Under the pieces are notes generated by a model. That model did not search any database. It saw nothing but the letters and a program-made list of their open reading frames with translations, and was not told the DNA's origin. Shown here piece after piece: positions 43,528-53,185 of a stretch of DNA of 64,000 bases. Made by a program: the position numbers and the translations under genes. Within the stretch, counting starts at the first letter, position 1, and each line of letters opens with the position of its first letter. Origin of the DNA: an uncultured Spirochaetales bacterium (GTDB lineage Bacteria; Spirochaetota; Spirochaetia; Sphaerochaetales; Sphaerochaetaceae); the NCBI GenBank assembly GCA_902788205.1, contig CADAJJ010000009.1:119-64118 (forward strand), in the 5' to 3' direction.

Positions 43528-45126
43528 TCAATAGGCCGCGACCATTCCGTCCGCCCGTGGCTCGGTCGCTCCCATCAGGCTCCCGCCATAGCGCATGATG
43601 ATCTGGCCCCGACCCATCTCCCTGCCATGGGGGACGACCACGATGTCGTGTCCCCTTCCGCGAAGCCCTTCGATGATTTCGGAGCGGAAAGCCTTTTCCA
43701 CCTCCACCCGTCTGCCTCCAGTCCACTGCCAGCACGGGGCGTCCAACGCTTCCTGAGGGTTCATCGCGAAGTCGACCATATTGGTCACCACCTGCAGGTG
43801 CCCCTGCGGCTGCATGAATCCCCCCATCACCCCGAAGGGGCCCACCGGAATCCCGTTCTTGGTCAGGAAACCGGGAATGATTGTGTGGTAGGGCCTCTTG
43901 CCGGGGGCCATGCAGTTCTCCATGGCCGGATCAAGGGTGAAGTTGTGTCCACGGTTCTGCAGGGCGATGCCGGTATGGGGAACGACCAGGCCGCTGCCGA
44001 AGCCCATGTAGTTGGACTGGATGTAGCTGACCATGTTGCCCTCGCCGTCCGCCGTGCACAGGTAGATGGTATCCCCGCTGGCCGGATTGCCTGGCTTGGG
44101 ATCCAGGGCCTGTTGGCCGATCAGTCTTCTCCTTCGGGACATATAGTCGTCGCCAAGCAGCTCTTCCACCCGCACCTTCATGTACCGCGGATCGGCCACA
44201 TACCGCTTGGCGTCGCTGAAGGCAAGCTTCAACGCCTCGATCTGCCAGTGCAGGGTATCGACGGTATCCCGCTCCCCAAAGGGGAAACCGGAAAGCATCC
44301 GTAGAGCCATCAAGGCGACGATGCCATGGCCGTTGGGCGGAATTTCCCAGACCTTGCAGCCACGGTAATCCGCGGAAATCGGGTCGACCCACTGTGGATG
44401 GTATGCCGCCAGGTCCTCGTAGCGGAGGTACCCGCCGCTTTCCCGGGAGAAGGCATCGATGCGCTTGGCGAGTTCACCCCGGTAGAACGACTCGCCATTG
44501 CTTTCGGCGATCATGGATAAGGAACGTGCGTGGTCAGGAAGCCTGACAACACTTCCCGCCCGGGGCGCTCCACTCTCCGTGGCGAAGGTCTCGAACCAGA
44601 ACTGGAAACAGGGGTCGGTCAACGTTCTCTGGAATTCGTCAAAGGATTCCTTCCAGAGCTGGCTGGTCACCGGCTGTAAGGGATATCCATTCCTGGCGTA
44701 ATCGATCGCACCGGAGAAAAGTTCCTGGAAAGGCAGGTGGCCGAAGCGGGAGGAGATGGCGGCCCAAGCGCCCGGAGCACCTGGTACCGTGACCGGAATC
44801 CAGCCCCGTTTGGGAATCGTCCCCCATGCGCGGATCCTTTCCATGTCGAGCGCCATCGGTGCCGGTCCGCTGGCATTCAGTCCGTGGAGCTTGTGGTCCG
44901 TGGCGCTGTAGATGATCGCGAAAGCGTCGCTGCCCAATCCGTTGCTCGTCGGCTCCAGGACTGTCATGCAAGCGGCGGTGGCGACCGCCGCGTCCATGGC
45001 GTTCCCGCCTTTGCGCAACACTTCCAGCCCTGCCTGGGCTGCCAAGGGCTGCGAGGTGCAGACCATCCCGTTCATGCCGAAAACCACATTTCTCCGAGAA
45101 GGGTACCGATAGGTGCATACGTCCAT
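43528..45126 (-). CDS. ggt: Gamma-glutamyltransferase-family protein (no signal peptide)
   Basis: N-terminal MVCTSQPLAAQAGLEVLRKGGNAMDAAVA and nucleophile region GDTIYLCTADGEGNMVSYIQSNYMGFGSG. ATG 45126 follows GAGGAA. Confidence 0.85.
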   Translation of the reverse strand: MDVCTYRYPSRRNVVFGMNGMVCTSQPLAAQAGLEVLRKGGNAMDAAVATAACMTVLEPTSNGLGSDAFAIIYSATDHKLHGLNASGPAPMALDMERIRAWGTIPKRGWIPVTVPGAPGAWAAISSRFGHLPFQELFSGAIDYARNGYPLQPVTSQLWKESFDEFQRTLTDPCFQFWFETFATESGAPRAGSVVRLPDHARSLSMIAESNGESFYRGELAKRIDAFSRESGGYLRYEDLAAYHPQWVDPISADYRGCKVWEIPPNGHGIVALMALRMLSGFPFGERDTVDTLHWQIEALKLAFSDAKRYVADPRYMKVRVEELLGDDYMSRRRRLIGQQALDPKPGNPASGDTIYLCTADGEGNMVSYIQSNYMGFGSGLVVPHTGIALQNRGHNFTLDPAMENCMAPGKRPYHTIIPGFLTKNGIPVGPFGVMGGFMQPQGHLQVVTNMVDFAMNPQEALDAPCWQWTGGRRVEVEKAFRSEIIEGLRGRGHDIVVVPHGREMGRGQIIMRYGGSLMGATEPRADGMVAAY

Positions 45127-45130
45127 ATTC

Positions 45131-45949
45131 CTATTCCTCGAACAGATATTTCCGGATTGCCTTTGCGACTCCGTCATTCGTGTTGGTATCGGTCACGAAG
45201 CGGGCCACCTGCTTCACGGCATCGAGCCCGTTGCCCATGGCCACCCCATAGCCGGACGCCTTGAGCATCCCGATATCGTTGTCATAGTCCCCGAAAGCCA
45301 TCACCTGGCCTGGGGCAATATGGTAGTAGTCGGAAAGAATCCGGACCACATTGGCCTTGTCGACTCCTTTCTTGACCGTCTCGATCACGAAGGGCGAGGA
45401 ATTGTAGACAGAAATCCGGTCCCCCATCTCCTTTCGGACCACATCGCGGAGCATCGTGGCCTTTTCGGGGTCCAACGTCTTGGGGATGCACTTGTACAGG
45501 GGGTGGCGGGTCCGCTTCCATTCACCGAGTGTTTCCTCCAGGTCGACCGCATGTCCGCCGAAGCCGTACAGGGAGGCTTGGATGTCGTAAAGGCGGCCGC
45601 CCTTCTCCGCATACCACTCGTCCAGGTCGAAAAGCACACATTCGACGCCATGGCGGTGGGAGATGCGGACTACCTCGAGGGCGAGGTCGTAGTCCATGAG
45701 CTCCTGGTGGATCGGCTTGCCGTCAACCTCGACGTAGCTGCCGTTGAAGGCGCAGATCGCCACCGGGGCGGGAATCTGGGAGGCGATGGTGGCAATCCCG
45801 CTACGCATCCTCCCGCTGACCAACGCGAAGGGGATGTGCTTCTCGTTCACCAGCTTGGCAATCCATTTCCTGTTTTCCTCGGAAACCAACGACTTCTCAT
45901 AGGCGAGCGTCCCGTCGACGTCGCTCAGCACCAGACGGCAATCAATCAT
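45131..45949 (-). CDS. Cof-type HAD-IIB phosphatase
   Basis: LSDVDGTL (DxD) and GDYDNDIGML motifs; 272 aa. Confidence 0.85.
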   Translation of the reverse strand: MIDCRLVLSDVDGTLAYEKSLVSEENRKWIAKLVNEKHIPFALVSGRMRSGIATIASQIPAPVAICAFNGSYVEVDGKPIHQELMDYDLALEVVRISHRHGVECVLFDLDEWYAEKGGRLYDIQASLYGFGGHAVDLEETLGEWKRTRHPLYKCIPKTLDPEKATMLRDVVRKEMGDRISVYNSSPFVIETVKKGVDKANVVRILSDYYHIAPGQVMAFGDYDNDIGMLKASGYGVAMGNGLDAVKQVARFVTDTNTNDGVAKAIRKYLFEE

Positions 45950-45994
45950 ACGGGCATCTTACCATCCCCGCATGCTTTCTGCTAGGATGGAGGC

Positions 45995-46603
45995 ATGGCG
46001 AACATCAACAGCAGAAGGGACAAGGCCGACCGTTACACCCAGCGGGCCCACCGTGAGGGATATCCGGCACGAAGCGTCTACAAGCTCGAGGAACTCCAGG
46101 AGAAATTCCACCTGATCCACCAGGGCAACCACGTGCTGGACGTCGGGGCGGCGCCCGGTTCCTGGACGTTGTTCTGCGACCGTGTGCTGCTCAAGGGCAA
46201 CGGGTCGATCGTCTCCGTAGACTTGAATCCCCTGAACATCTCCCCCATTCCGCCGACAGTCACCTCCTTCGTCGGAGATGCCTTCAGCAAGGAAATCAGG
46301 GCAAAGCTGGTCGAGCTCGGTCCCTATGACGCCATTATCAGCGACGCGGCTCCGATGACAACGGGCAACCGGAGCGTGGACACCAGCCGCAGCGAGTGGC
46401 TCGCCGAACAGGTAGTCTACCTCTCCGCCGAGCAGCTCAAGCCGCACGGGAACATGGTCCTGAAGATCTTCCAAGGGGGCGGGCAGGTGGAAATCATCCA
46501 GAAAATGCGCGAGCTCTTCGCAAAGGTGAAGCCTTTCAAGCCACAGGCCTGCCGGGAGGATTCCTTCGAGATCTACCTTGTGGGACTGGACAAGAAGGAA
46601 TGA
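45995..46603 (+). CDS. rlmE: 23S rRNA (uridine-2'-O)-methyltransferase RlmE/FtsJ
   Basis: YRARSVYKL-type N-terminus (GYPARSVYKLEEL), SAM motif VLDVGAAPGSWT; 202 aa. Confidence 0.9.
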   Translation: MANINSRRDKADRYTQRAHREGYPARSVYKLEELQEKFHLIHQGNHVLDVGAAPGSWTLFCDRVLLKGNGSIVSVDLNPLNISPIPPTVTSFVGDAFSKEIRAKLVELGPYDAIISDAAPMTTGNRSVDTSRSEWLAEQVVYLSAEQLKPHGNMVLKIFQGGGQVEIIQKMRELFAKVKPFKPQACREDSFEIYLVGLDKKE

Positions 46604-46614
46604 CTGGAAATGAC

Positions 46615-46640
46615 AAAGGCCGCCCTCTCGAGCGGTCTTT
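46615..46640. terminator. Bidirectional terminator between rlmE and the MscS-type gene
   Basis: AAAGGCCGC-cctctcga-GCGGTCTTT (9 pairs including one G-U), with A and T runs on the two sides. Confidence 0.55.
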
Positions 46641-46661
46641 GCAGTATTCGTGCGAATCTCT

Positions 46662-47537
46662 TCACGCCTTGTCCTGCGAGACGATATGGACGTCGAGCTG
46701 GTCGAACGGCACATCAACTCCTGCCTTGGTAAGAGCGTCATACCACTCTCCCTGGAATCTCCAAAGGACTTTCCAGTAGTCGGAAGGCTTGACCCACGGG
46801 CGGACGATGAAATTGATCTCGCTGTCACCCAATGAACCGACTTCCACCGTCGGAGCCGGCGTCGGAAGCACCTCAGGATAGCTCAAGACCAAGTCGGAAA
46901 GAATCTTCTTCGCCTTGGAGATGTCGCTGCCATAGGCGGCAGAAGCGGTCATGTCGACTCGTCTCTTGTCCATGGCGGAATAGTTGACCACCGGGTTGCC
47001 CCACACGAGCTTGTTGCTCATGGTGATGCGCTTGTTGTCCGGGGTAAGCAGCTCGACACGGTTCATATCCATGTCGGTGACGGTACCGCTGAAGGAACCG
47101 CTCTCGATATAGTCGCCGATATTGAACGGATGGTTGATGATGATCATCAGGCCGCTGAAGAAGTTGCCAATCGTCTCCTGCAACGCGAAGCCCAAGACGA
47201 CACCAGTGACTCCGATGCCGGCGAGCAACGGCTTCATGTCCAGGCCAAGATGGCTGACAAACCAGATACCGATGCAGACAAAGCAGAGCCATCGTACCAG
47301 CTTGCGCAGGAAGTTGCCAAGCAGACCCATGCGATTGTTCCGGTTCAGCGCCCTCCCAATCAGCATGTCGAGCCATTTGACCAGGCAGTACATGACCAAA
47401 ACACCAATCAGACCTGAAAGCAACTTGGCACAGATGGTAGACCAGTTCAGCTTGGAGAAGGACATCACCCCATTCATCAGTTGCTGGGAGAAGCTCTCCA
47501 CCTCATCAGGAGAGACTTCGGCATCAAAGAACATCAT
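46662..47537 (-). CDS. Small-conductance mechanosensitive channel (MscS family)
   Basis: TM helices followed by the MscS beta-domain motif PFNIGDYIESGSFSGTVTDMDMNRVEL. The start at MMFFDA (47537) lies downstream of the htpG terminator. Confidence 0.85.
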   Translation of the reverse strand: MMFFDAEVSPDEVESFSQQLMNGVMSFSKLNWSTICAKLLSGLIGVLVMYCLVKWLDMLIGRALNRNNRMGLLGNFLRKLVRWLCFVCIGIWFVSHLGLDMKPLLAGIGVTGVVLGFALQETIGNFFSGLMIIINHPFNIGDYIESGSFSGTVTDMDMNRVELLTPDNKRITMSNKLVWGNPVVNYSAMDKRRVDMTASAAYGSDISKAKKILSDLVLSYPEVLPTPAPTVEVGSLGDSEINFIVRPWVKPSDYWKVLWRFQGEWYDALTKAGVDVPFDQLDVHIVSQDKA

Positions 47538-47613
47538 TCGTAATTCCTCTTTCGTTGTTGTGCAGGTTCTTTCCTCGAACCCGCCATTGAAAGTATCAGG
47601 CAGACAGCGGAAA

Positions 47614-47637
47614 GGCAAGGGGCGTCCACCCCTTGCC
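47614..47637 (-). terminator. Rho-independent terminator after htpG
   Basis: Perfect 9-bp stem GGCAAGGGG/CCCCTTGCC with a 6-nt loop; TTTCC follows on the minus strand. Confidence 0.6.
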
Positions 47638-47654
47638 TTCCGATATCAAGGCTG

Positions 47655-49532
47655 TTACCTGGAAAGCAGCTCGTGAAGGCGTCTGGTGAAGGCCACCGGA
47701 TCCTTCGGCATCACTCCCTGGGCAAGCAACGCCTGGTCCAGAAGCACACCACACCAGGTGTCGACCAGTTTCTGGTCGCTCTCCGACCCGATCTTCTTGA
47801 TCATCGGGTCGTCCGCGTTGATCTCGAGAATCGGCTTGGACTCCACCACTGGCTGGCCCATCTGCTTCAGGATCTGCTGCATCTGGACCGTGGGGGCGGA
47901 ATCGTCGACGACGATGACGGCAGGAGTATCGGTAAGGCGGCTGGAGACCACGACATCCTTGACCTGGTCCTTCAGGCTGGCCTTGATTTTCTCGACCACG
48001 CCCTTGCCCGCCTCTTCCTTCTGCTTGGACGCCTCGTCCTTCAGGTCATCCATGCTGCCGCTCTTGTTGATCGCCTTGAGCGGGAGACTCTGGTAGGAGC
48101 CAATCGAACTGGCGACGAACTCGTCGATCTCCTCGTCCAGGACCAGCACCTCGTAGCCCTTCTTGGTATAGGCCTCGATCAGCGGACTGGCCTTCAGGGT
48201 CTCTTCCTTGCCGCCGGAGATGTAATAGATGCTCTTCTGGTCCTTGGGCATGCGGCTCTTGTAGTCCTTCAAGCTGACGTAGCCGTCCACCTTCGAACTC
48301 TTGAAGCGTACCAGCTCCATCAACTCGTCACGATTCTCCCAGTCGCTGTACAGACCCTCCTTCAACGGGCGGTTGTACTGTTTGATGAACTCGATATACT
48401 TCTCCGGTTCCTGCTCGCTGATCCGCTTGAACTCGGCAAGCAGCTTCTTCACGGAATTGCTGCGGATCGAGCTCATGATCCTGTTCTGCTGCAGGATCTC
48501 ACGGCTGACGTTCAGCGGGAGGTCCTCGCTGTCGATGATGCCACGCACGAAGCGCAGATAGGTGGGAAGCAACTGCTTGTCGTCATCGGTGATGAAGACA
48601 CGCTTCACGTACAAACGGACACCCGGCTTGTAATCGGCATAATACATGTCGAACGGCGCCGTCTTGGGCACATAGAACAAGGTGGTGTACTCGATCGAAC
48701 CTTCCGCCTTGGTGTGCAGGTAGAACATCGCGTCATCCGTATCATGGAACGTGTTCTTGTAGAAGTTCTGGTAGTCTTCCGGTTTCAGCTCGCTCTTCGA
48801 ACGCTTCCACAGCGCCTGGCAGCTGTTGATCTGCTCCACTTTATGGGTGACCACTTTCTTCGCGTTGCCATCCTTGTCCTTTTCCTTGTCGTCATAGGTG
48901 ACATCGTCGTAGGCAAGGAAAATCGGGAAGGAAATGTTGTCGCTGTACTTCTTGACCAGCTGTTCCAGTTCCCAGCGGTTGGCATAGTCCCCGCCATCCT
49001 CGTTCAGATACAGGGTGATCGTGGTTCCCTGCCCATCACGTTCCGCCGGGTCGATCGAATAGGACCCTTTGCCGTCACTGGACCACTTGTATGCCTGCTT
49101 CTCTCCCGCCTTGCGGCTGACTACCTCGATCCGGTCGGCGACCATGAAGGCCGAGTAGAACCCGACACCGAATTGGCCGATCAGGTTGGAATCCTTCTTC
49201 TGCTCGTCGGTCAGCGAGGCGAGGAATCGCTTGGTGCCCGAAGAGGCGATCGTGCCGAGGTTGGTGTTCAGGTCGTCCTCGTTCATGCCGATACCATTAT
49301 CCGTAATGACAAGGGTGCGCTTGTCACCCTCGGTGAAACTGATATCGATCCGGGGATCGAACGCCAGACCTTTCAGCTTCTCGTCGGTGAGCGTCAGATA
49401 CTTGAGTTTGTCGAGCGCGTCGCTCGCGTTGGAAATCAACTCCCTGAGGAAAATCTCCTTATTCGAATAAAGAGAATGAATAATCAAATGCAGCAGGTCG
49501 TTGACCTCTGTCTTGAATTGCATTTCTGCCAT
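47655..49532 (-). CDS. htpG: Molecular chaperone HtpG (Hsp90)
   Basis: 625 aa; N-terminal HSLYSNKEIFLRELISNASDALDK and GQFGVGFYS GHKL-ATPase motifs. Confidence 0.95.
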   Translation of the reverse strand: MAEMQFKTEVNDLLHLIIHSLYSNKEIFLRELISNASDALDKLKYLTLTDEKLKGLAFDPRIDISFTEGDKRTLVITDNGIGMNEDDLNTNLGTIASSGTKRFLASLTDEQKKDSNLIGQFGVGFYSAFMVADRIEVVSRKAGEKQAYKWSSDGKGSYSIDPAERDGQGTTITLYLNEDGGDYANRWELEQLVKKYSDNISFPIFLAYDDVTYDDKEKDKDGNAKKVVTHKVEQINSCQALWKRSKSELKPEDYQNFYKNTFHDTDDAMFYLHTKAEGSIEYTTLFYVPKTAPFDMYYADYKPGVRLYVKRVFITDDDKQLLPTYLRFVRGIIDSEDLPLNVSREILQQNRIMSSIRSNSVKKLLAEFKRISEQEPEKYIEFIKQYNRPLKEGLYSDWENRDELMELVRFKSSKVDGYVSLKDYKSRMPKDQKSIYYISGGKEETLKASPLIEAYTKKGYEVLVLDEEIDEFVASSIGSYQSLPLKAINKSGSMDDLKDEASKQKEEAGKGVVEKIKASLKDQVKDVVVSSRLTDTPAVIVVDDSAPTVQMQQILKQMGQPVVESKPILEINADDPMIKKIGSESDQKLVDTWCGVLLDQALLAQGVMPKDPVAFTRRLHELLSR

Positions 49533-49620
49533 GAAAATACCTCCGACTCGTGCCTAAGATAGACATGAATTTGCAAAACGGCAACTTCCAAAGAGCCGGC
49601 CGCAAGGGTATGCTAAGGAC

Positions 49621-50742
49621 ATGCTGTTACACCAACCTTCAGACATCCGCACCATCAACCGTCTCCGCGTCCTCAACCTGATCCGCTCGCAACGTGGTCT
49701 TTCCCGTGCCGACATCTCCAAGGAGCTGGGGCTCAACAAGCCCTCCTGCTCGGAGATTGTCAACGACCTTATCGGAGAAGGCCTCGTCACCGAGGGGGAG
49801 AAGACCGAGACGGCAAGCGGCCGCCGGCCCACCCCGCTGATGATCGCCAAGAACGGACATCTGGTCGTCGGGATCTCGATCGGGCTTCGACTCTGTTCGA
49901 TCGCCATCAGCGACCTGGAAGGAAACGTGCTCGGCTACAAGCAGGTCCCCACTCCCCAACATCCAACTCCGAAGGAGCTCTGCATCCTGCTCCTGAAGGA
50001 TTTCCTCCACATGTATCACGGAGGCGAAAAGAAGCTTGCCGGCTGCGTGGTCAGCCTGAGCGGCCGGATTTCCGAAAACAACACCTCCGTGGAGGAGCTA
50101 TCCGAATGGGGATGGAAGGATGTCCATCTCACACTTCCCTTCACCAACAACATGGGCTGCATCTGCTCGTTGGTCGACGAAACCGAGGCTATGGTCAGCG
50201 CCGAGCGCCTTTTGGCAAAAGAACGCCCCGACTCCTTCCTCTATGTCAATTGGGGCGAGCATATCGGAGCCACTTCGGTCCGTGGCAGCCAGGAGGACAG
50301 GAGCGACCTCGGCCACGCGCGGATCGCCAATGAGGGCTCCTGCGTCTGCGGAGGGACCGGCTGTCTGGAAACAGTCAGCGCCGGCTGGGCGGTCGAGAGG
50401 AACTTCGGAGGGAAGTCGTTGCGGGAACTTGCCCAAGCAAGACCGGCCGGCTTCGACAGGGCCATGGATACCGCAGCCCTCGCCCTTGGCATGGAAATCG
50501 CCCAAGCCGTGGCCATCACCGGACAGAAGAAGGTCGTCCTTTCCGGCAACATCCCCACGCTGCTACCTTCCCTGGTGGAGCGGGTCACGCTCGCCATGCG
50601 GAGCTCCCTGCCCCCGTTCCTGCAGGAAGCGGAAATCGTCCGATCCCCGCTCGGTGATAAGGCGAGGCAGATGGGCCCGGTCGCCGTTGCTCTCGACCGC
50701 TACATTTTCCGGCAATCCCTGCTGGCACGGTTCCGGACATAA
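49621..50742 (+). CDS. ROK-family transcriptional regulator (NagC/XylR type)
   Basis: N-terminal HTH (LSRADISKELGLNKPSCSEIVNDL) plus the ROK zinc motif CVCGGTGCLE. Confidence 0.85.
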   Translation: MLLHQPSDIRTINRLRVLNLIRSQRGLSRADISKELGLNKPSCSEIVNDLIGEGLVTEGEKTETASGRRPTPLMIAKNGHLVVGISIGLRLCSIAISDLEGNVLGYKQVPTPQHPTPKELCILLLKDFLHMYHGGEKKLAGCVVSLSGRISENNTSVEELSEWGWKDVHLTLPFTNNMGCICSLVDETEAMVSAERLLAKERPDSFLYVNWGEHIGATSVRGSQEDRSDLGHARIANEGSCVCGGTGCLETVSAGWAVERNFGGKSLRELAQARPAGFDRAMDTAALALGMEIAQAVAITGQKKVVLSGNIPTLLPSLVERVTLAMRSSLPPFLQEAEIVRSPLGDKARQMGPVAVALDRYIFRQSLLARFRT

Positions 50743-50810
50743 GAAAACCGCTACTCCCCACGAAGAGAATAGCGGCAACCTCCTAGGCTTAAGTGCTGGA
50801 AAAATCACTT

Positions 50811-50860
50811 AGGCAAAACGAAAAAACAACGACGGTATTTATTATTTCACGTTTTTGCCT
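50811..50860 (-). other. Long-loop inverted repeat downstream of the two-gene secreted-protein locus
   Basis: AGGCAAAACG ... CGTTTTTGCCT (10 bp with one bulge, 29-nt loop). Atypical for an intrinsic terminator. Confidence 0.3.
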
Positions 50861-50898
50861 TCTGTCAAATGGATTTTTTCCTATCTTCTTTTGTGCAC

Positions 50899-51423
50899 TC
50901 ACGTGGCGTTCATGTTCACCACCACGGAACCATTGTAGGAACCGGCGGCCAACTTTTGGCCTTCCCCTTTCTTGACCGTGATGCTGAGCATCCCGAAATT
51001 GACGCTGTTCTGGTAACCGGCGGGAACATCGAGCACGAACGAGTCCCCGTCCACTGAAATATTGTCGCCCTCGCTGGTAAGCGAGATGGAAGTGTCCACC
51101 ACGTTGTCGTCATCGTGTTTCAGCGGGGAAACGTCGAAGGAGACCCGGGCGCTCTTGGCGTTCATCAGGTTCCCCGAGCAGCTCAAGAGCAGCGTGTGGG
51201 TGATTTCCCAGGCATCCTGGTCGACGGGAAAATCGAAGACCAGGTTGATGTCATTGCCTTTCTCGGTGATTCCAGACTCATCGGTGAAAGCGATGGAGAT
51301 ATCGTCCTCGGCGATGGTGCCGTTCAGGCGGGCGGTCACCGCATCCGGAAGATCGGAGCTGGTCACCGCCGCATGCAGGGCAAGGGGAATCAGCAACATC
51401 GGCACAATCAGAAGTTTTCTCAT
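50899..51423 (-). CDS. Secreted 174-aa member of the same C-terminal-motif family (locus 2, gene 2)
   Basis: Signal peptide MRKLLIVPMLLIPLALHA/AV; ends in LAAGSYNGSVVVNMNAT. The AAGGAGG RBS overlaps the upstream stop. Confidence 0.75.
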   Translation of the reverse strand: MRKLLIVPMLLIPLALHAAVTSSDLPDAVTARLNGTIAEDDISIAFTDESGITEKGNDINLVFDFPVDQDAWEITHTLLLSCSGNLMNAKSARVSFDVSPLKHDDDNVVDTSISLTSEGDNISVDGDSFVLDVPAGYQNSVNFGMLSITVKKGEGQKLAAGSYNGSVVVNMNAT

Positions 51424-51433
51424 AGCGCCCTCC

Positions 51434-52012
51434 TTAGTTCCTTGTCTCGATCGACAGGGTCACTGACGAGACGTAGTGTCCGGCGGGAGCCGTCGCGACG
51501 TCGTTCTGGTTGGCGGTCACATGAATCGTGTAGTCGTATTGGGTCTTGCCAAGGACAGTATCCAAAGAGAACAGGGAATAGATGGACTCGGTACCGTAGT
51601 CCCTTCTGACGACGGTATTGACCTCGTCGCTGGCAGCGTTGCTGTTGGTCATCATGCGGCTGGTTTCCGGATAGATTTCCTTGCCGTCGACCTGCAGGCT
51701 GGCAACCGCGATCGAAGAGGGGTTGGCGACATTCTGCTGGACGAATGGAGTGACGACCGCATAGACCGTCAGGCTTGCCTTCTTGTTCGTCTCAATCGTG
51801 TAGGGAAGATCGACGCCGTCAACGCCGAGCGCGTCATCCACCGAATAGGTGTCGCGCAGCGCAGTCTTGGTATCGTTCAGAAAACCGTGCAGCAAATAGC
51901 CGGAAACTGACGCGTCGAGATACAGATACGGCGTACCCGACAGTACCGTCTCAGCCGTGGCCGGCAAAAGGGAAAGCAGCCCGATGATCCCAAGGCATGC
52001 CAATCGTTTCAT
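51434..52012 (-). CDS. Secreted 192-aa member of the same family (locus 2, gene 1)
   Basis: Signal peptide MKRLACLGIIGLLSLLPATA/ET; ends in APAGHYVSSVTLSIETRN. AGGAG RBS 7 nt before ATG 52012. Confidence 0.75.
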   Translation of the reverse strand: MKRLACLGIIGLLSLLPATAETVLSGTPYLYLDASVSGYLLHGFLNDTKTALRDTYSVDDALGVDGVDLPYTIETNKKASLTVYAVVTPFVQQNVANPSSIAVASLQVDGKEIYPETSRMMTNSNAASDEVNTVVRRDYGTESIYSLFSLDTVLGKTQYDYTIHVTANQNDVATAPAGHYVSSVTLSIETRN

Positions 52013-52044
52013 GTGCAAGCTCCTATGTCCAAAGTTCCTGTTCA

Positions 52045-52073
52045 AATATATGCACAACCCATCTTTGTGTCAA
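52045..52073 (-). promoter_or_regulatory. Near-consensus promoter TTGACA-17-TATATT for locus 2
   Basis: Minus-strand -35 at 52073-52068 and -10 at 52050-52045, about 33 nt upstream of the ATG. Confidence 0.55.
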
Positions 52074-52332
52074 TGAGCAACTATTGAGTATAAAAGAAAT
52101 AACTACCTACGAAAAAGAACGAAAAACGGGAACATCACCCATCAAACTCTTGCCATACCTTGTGATACACCTATTTTATCAGCCGTTTTCCAGGGAACAC
52201 CTCGGTATAAATATGTCTTTTTTGCAAACATATTCACGACACTTCGTACATTTTGTAAGAAGATACCTATGCAAGACCAAGCGTTTGATGGTATGATGGA
52301 CAGAGTTGAGAAACCCTTGAGGGAGGGGCCGC

Positions 52333-53067
52333 ATGTTTAGTCCTTTGAGTACAGAGACCAAATCCACCACCATCGCCAACAAGCTGGAAGAGATGATCCT
52401 TTCCAAACAGTTCAAGGCTGGCGAGCTTTTGCCCAGCCAGAAGGAACTGGCGCTCCAGTTCAACGCTTCTTCCCGCTCGGTGCGCGAGGCGTTCAAGAAT
52501 CTGGAGGCCAAGGGGCTGATCCAGGTCAGCCAGGGCCGCAAGGCGGTGGTCAAGAGCAACAACCTCGACCAGTTCGTCGAATCCTTGTCCATTTCCATGA
52601 TCAGCAAACAGGCGCCGGACAAGAAGCTGATCAGCGATCTGCTCCAGGTCCGTACCACCATCGAGGTTTCCGCGAGCCGTGAGCTCTCCAGAGACCCGAA
52701 CCGCATGTCGGTCGTCCGTCAGCTGGCCAAGTGCACCAGCCGCCTTCAGGAACTGCTGCCTCTGCTCGAGGACGGGATGAACGCCGAGGCGCTCCAGCAG
52801 TTCAAGCAGGCCGACTTCGACTTCCACTCCACGCTGATCAAGTCGAACGACAACATGATCCTCAACTCCATCTATGAGAATCTGGCCCCGCAGCTCTATT
52901 CTGTTTTGGACAAGACCACCGAGACTTTCACCGAGATGAAGAAGAAGGTCAACGAGTACAACTATCTGGTCGAGGCCGAAGAGCACGGACAGACCGACCT
53001 CGCCGTAGCCCTTACGCTGGTCAACCTGACCAACATCAAGGACAAGATCGAGAAACTCGACCTGTAA
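52333..53067 (+). CDS. GntR-family (FadR/FCD subfamily) transcriptional regulator
   Basis: N-terminal wHTH (LPSQKELALQFNASSRSVREAFKNLEAKGLIQV) plus an all-helical FCD-like C-terminal domain. Confidence 0.9.
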   Translation: MFSPLSTETKSTTIANKLEEMILSKQFKAGELLPSQKELALQFNASSRSVREAFKNLEAKGLIQVSQGRKAVVKSNNLDQFVESLSISMISKQAPDKKLISDLLQVRTTIEVSASRELSRDPNRMSVVRQLAKCTSRLQELLPLLEDGMNAEALQQFKQADFDFHSTLIKSNDNMILNSIYENLAPQLYSVLDKTTETFTEMKKKVNEYNYLVEAEEHGQTDLAVALTLVNLTNIKDKIEKLDL

Positions 53068-53095
53068 CGGAAAGGACGAAACACCCGTACACCTG

Positions 53096-53130
53096 TGGCG
53101 CCAGCGATGGCGCCATTCTTGTCTGTTTTT
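53096..53130 (+). terminator. Rho-independent terminator after the GntR gene
   Basis: TGGCGCC-agcgat-GGCGCCA followed by TTCTTGTCTGTTTTT. Confidence 0.7.
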
Positions 53131-53185
53131 GTCCATTACAAAGAGGAATTTCAGAGGTAAGCTAAAGGTAACTGGAGGAAAAGCG

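Noticed and set aside
47673-49562. 629-aa plus-strand ORF antisense to htpG
   Set aside because: htpG is certain. The antisense product is a low-complexity L/V/D/G/R-rich sequence.
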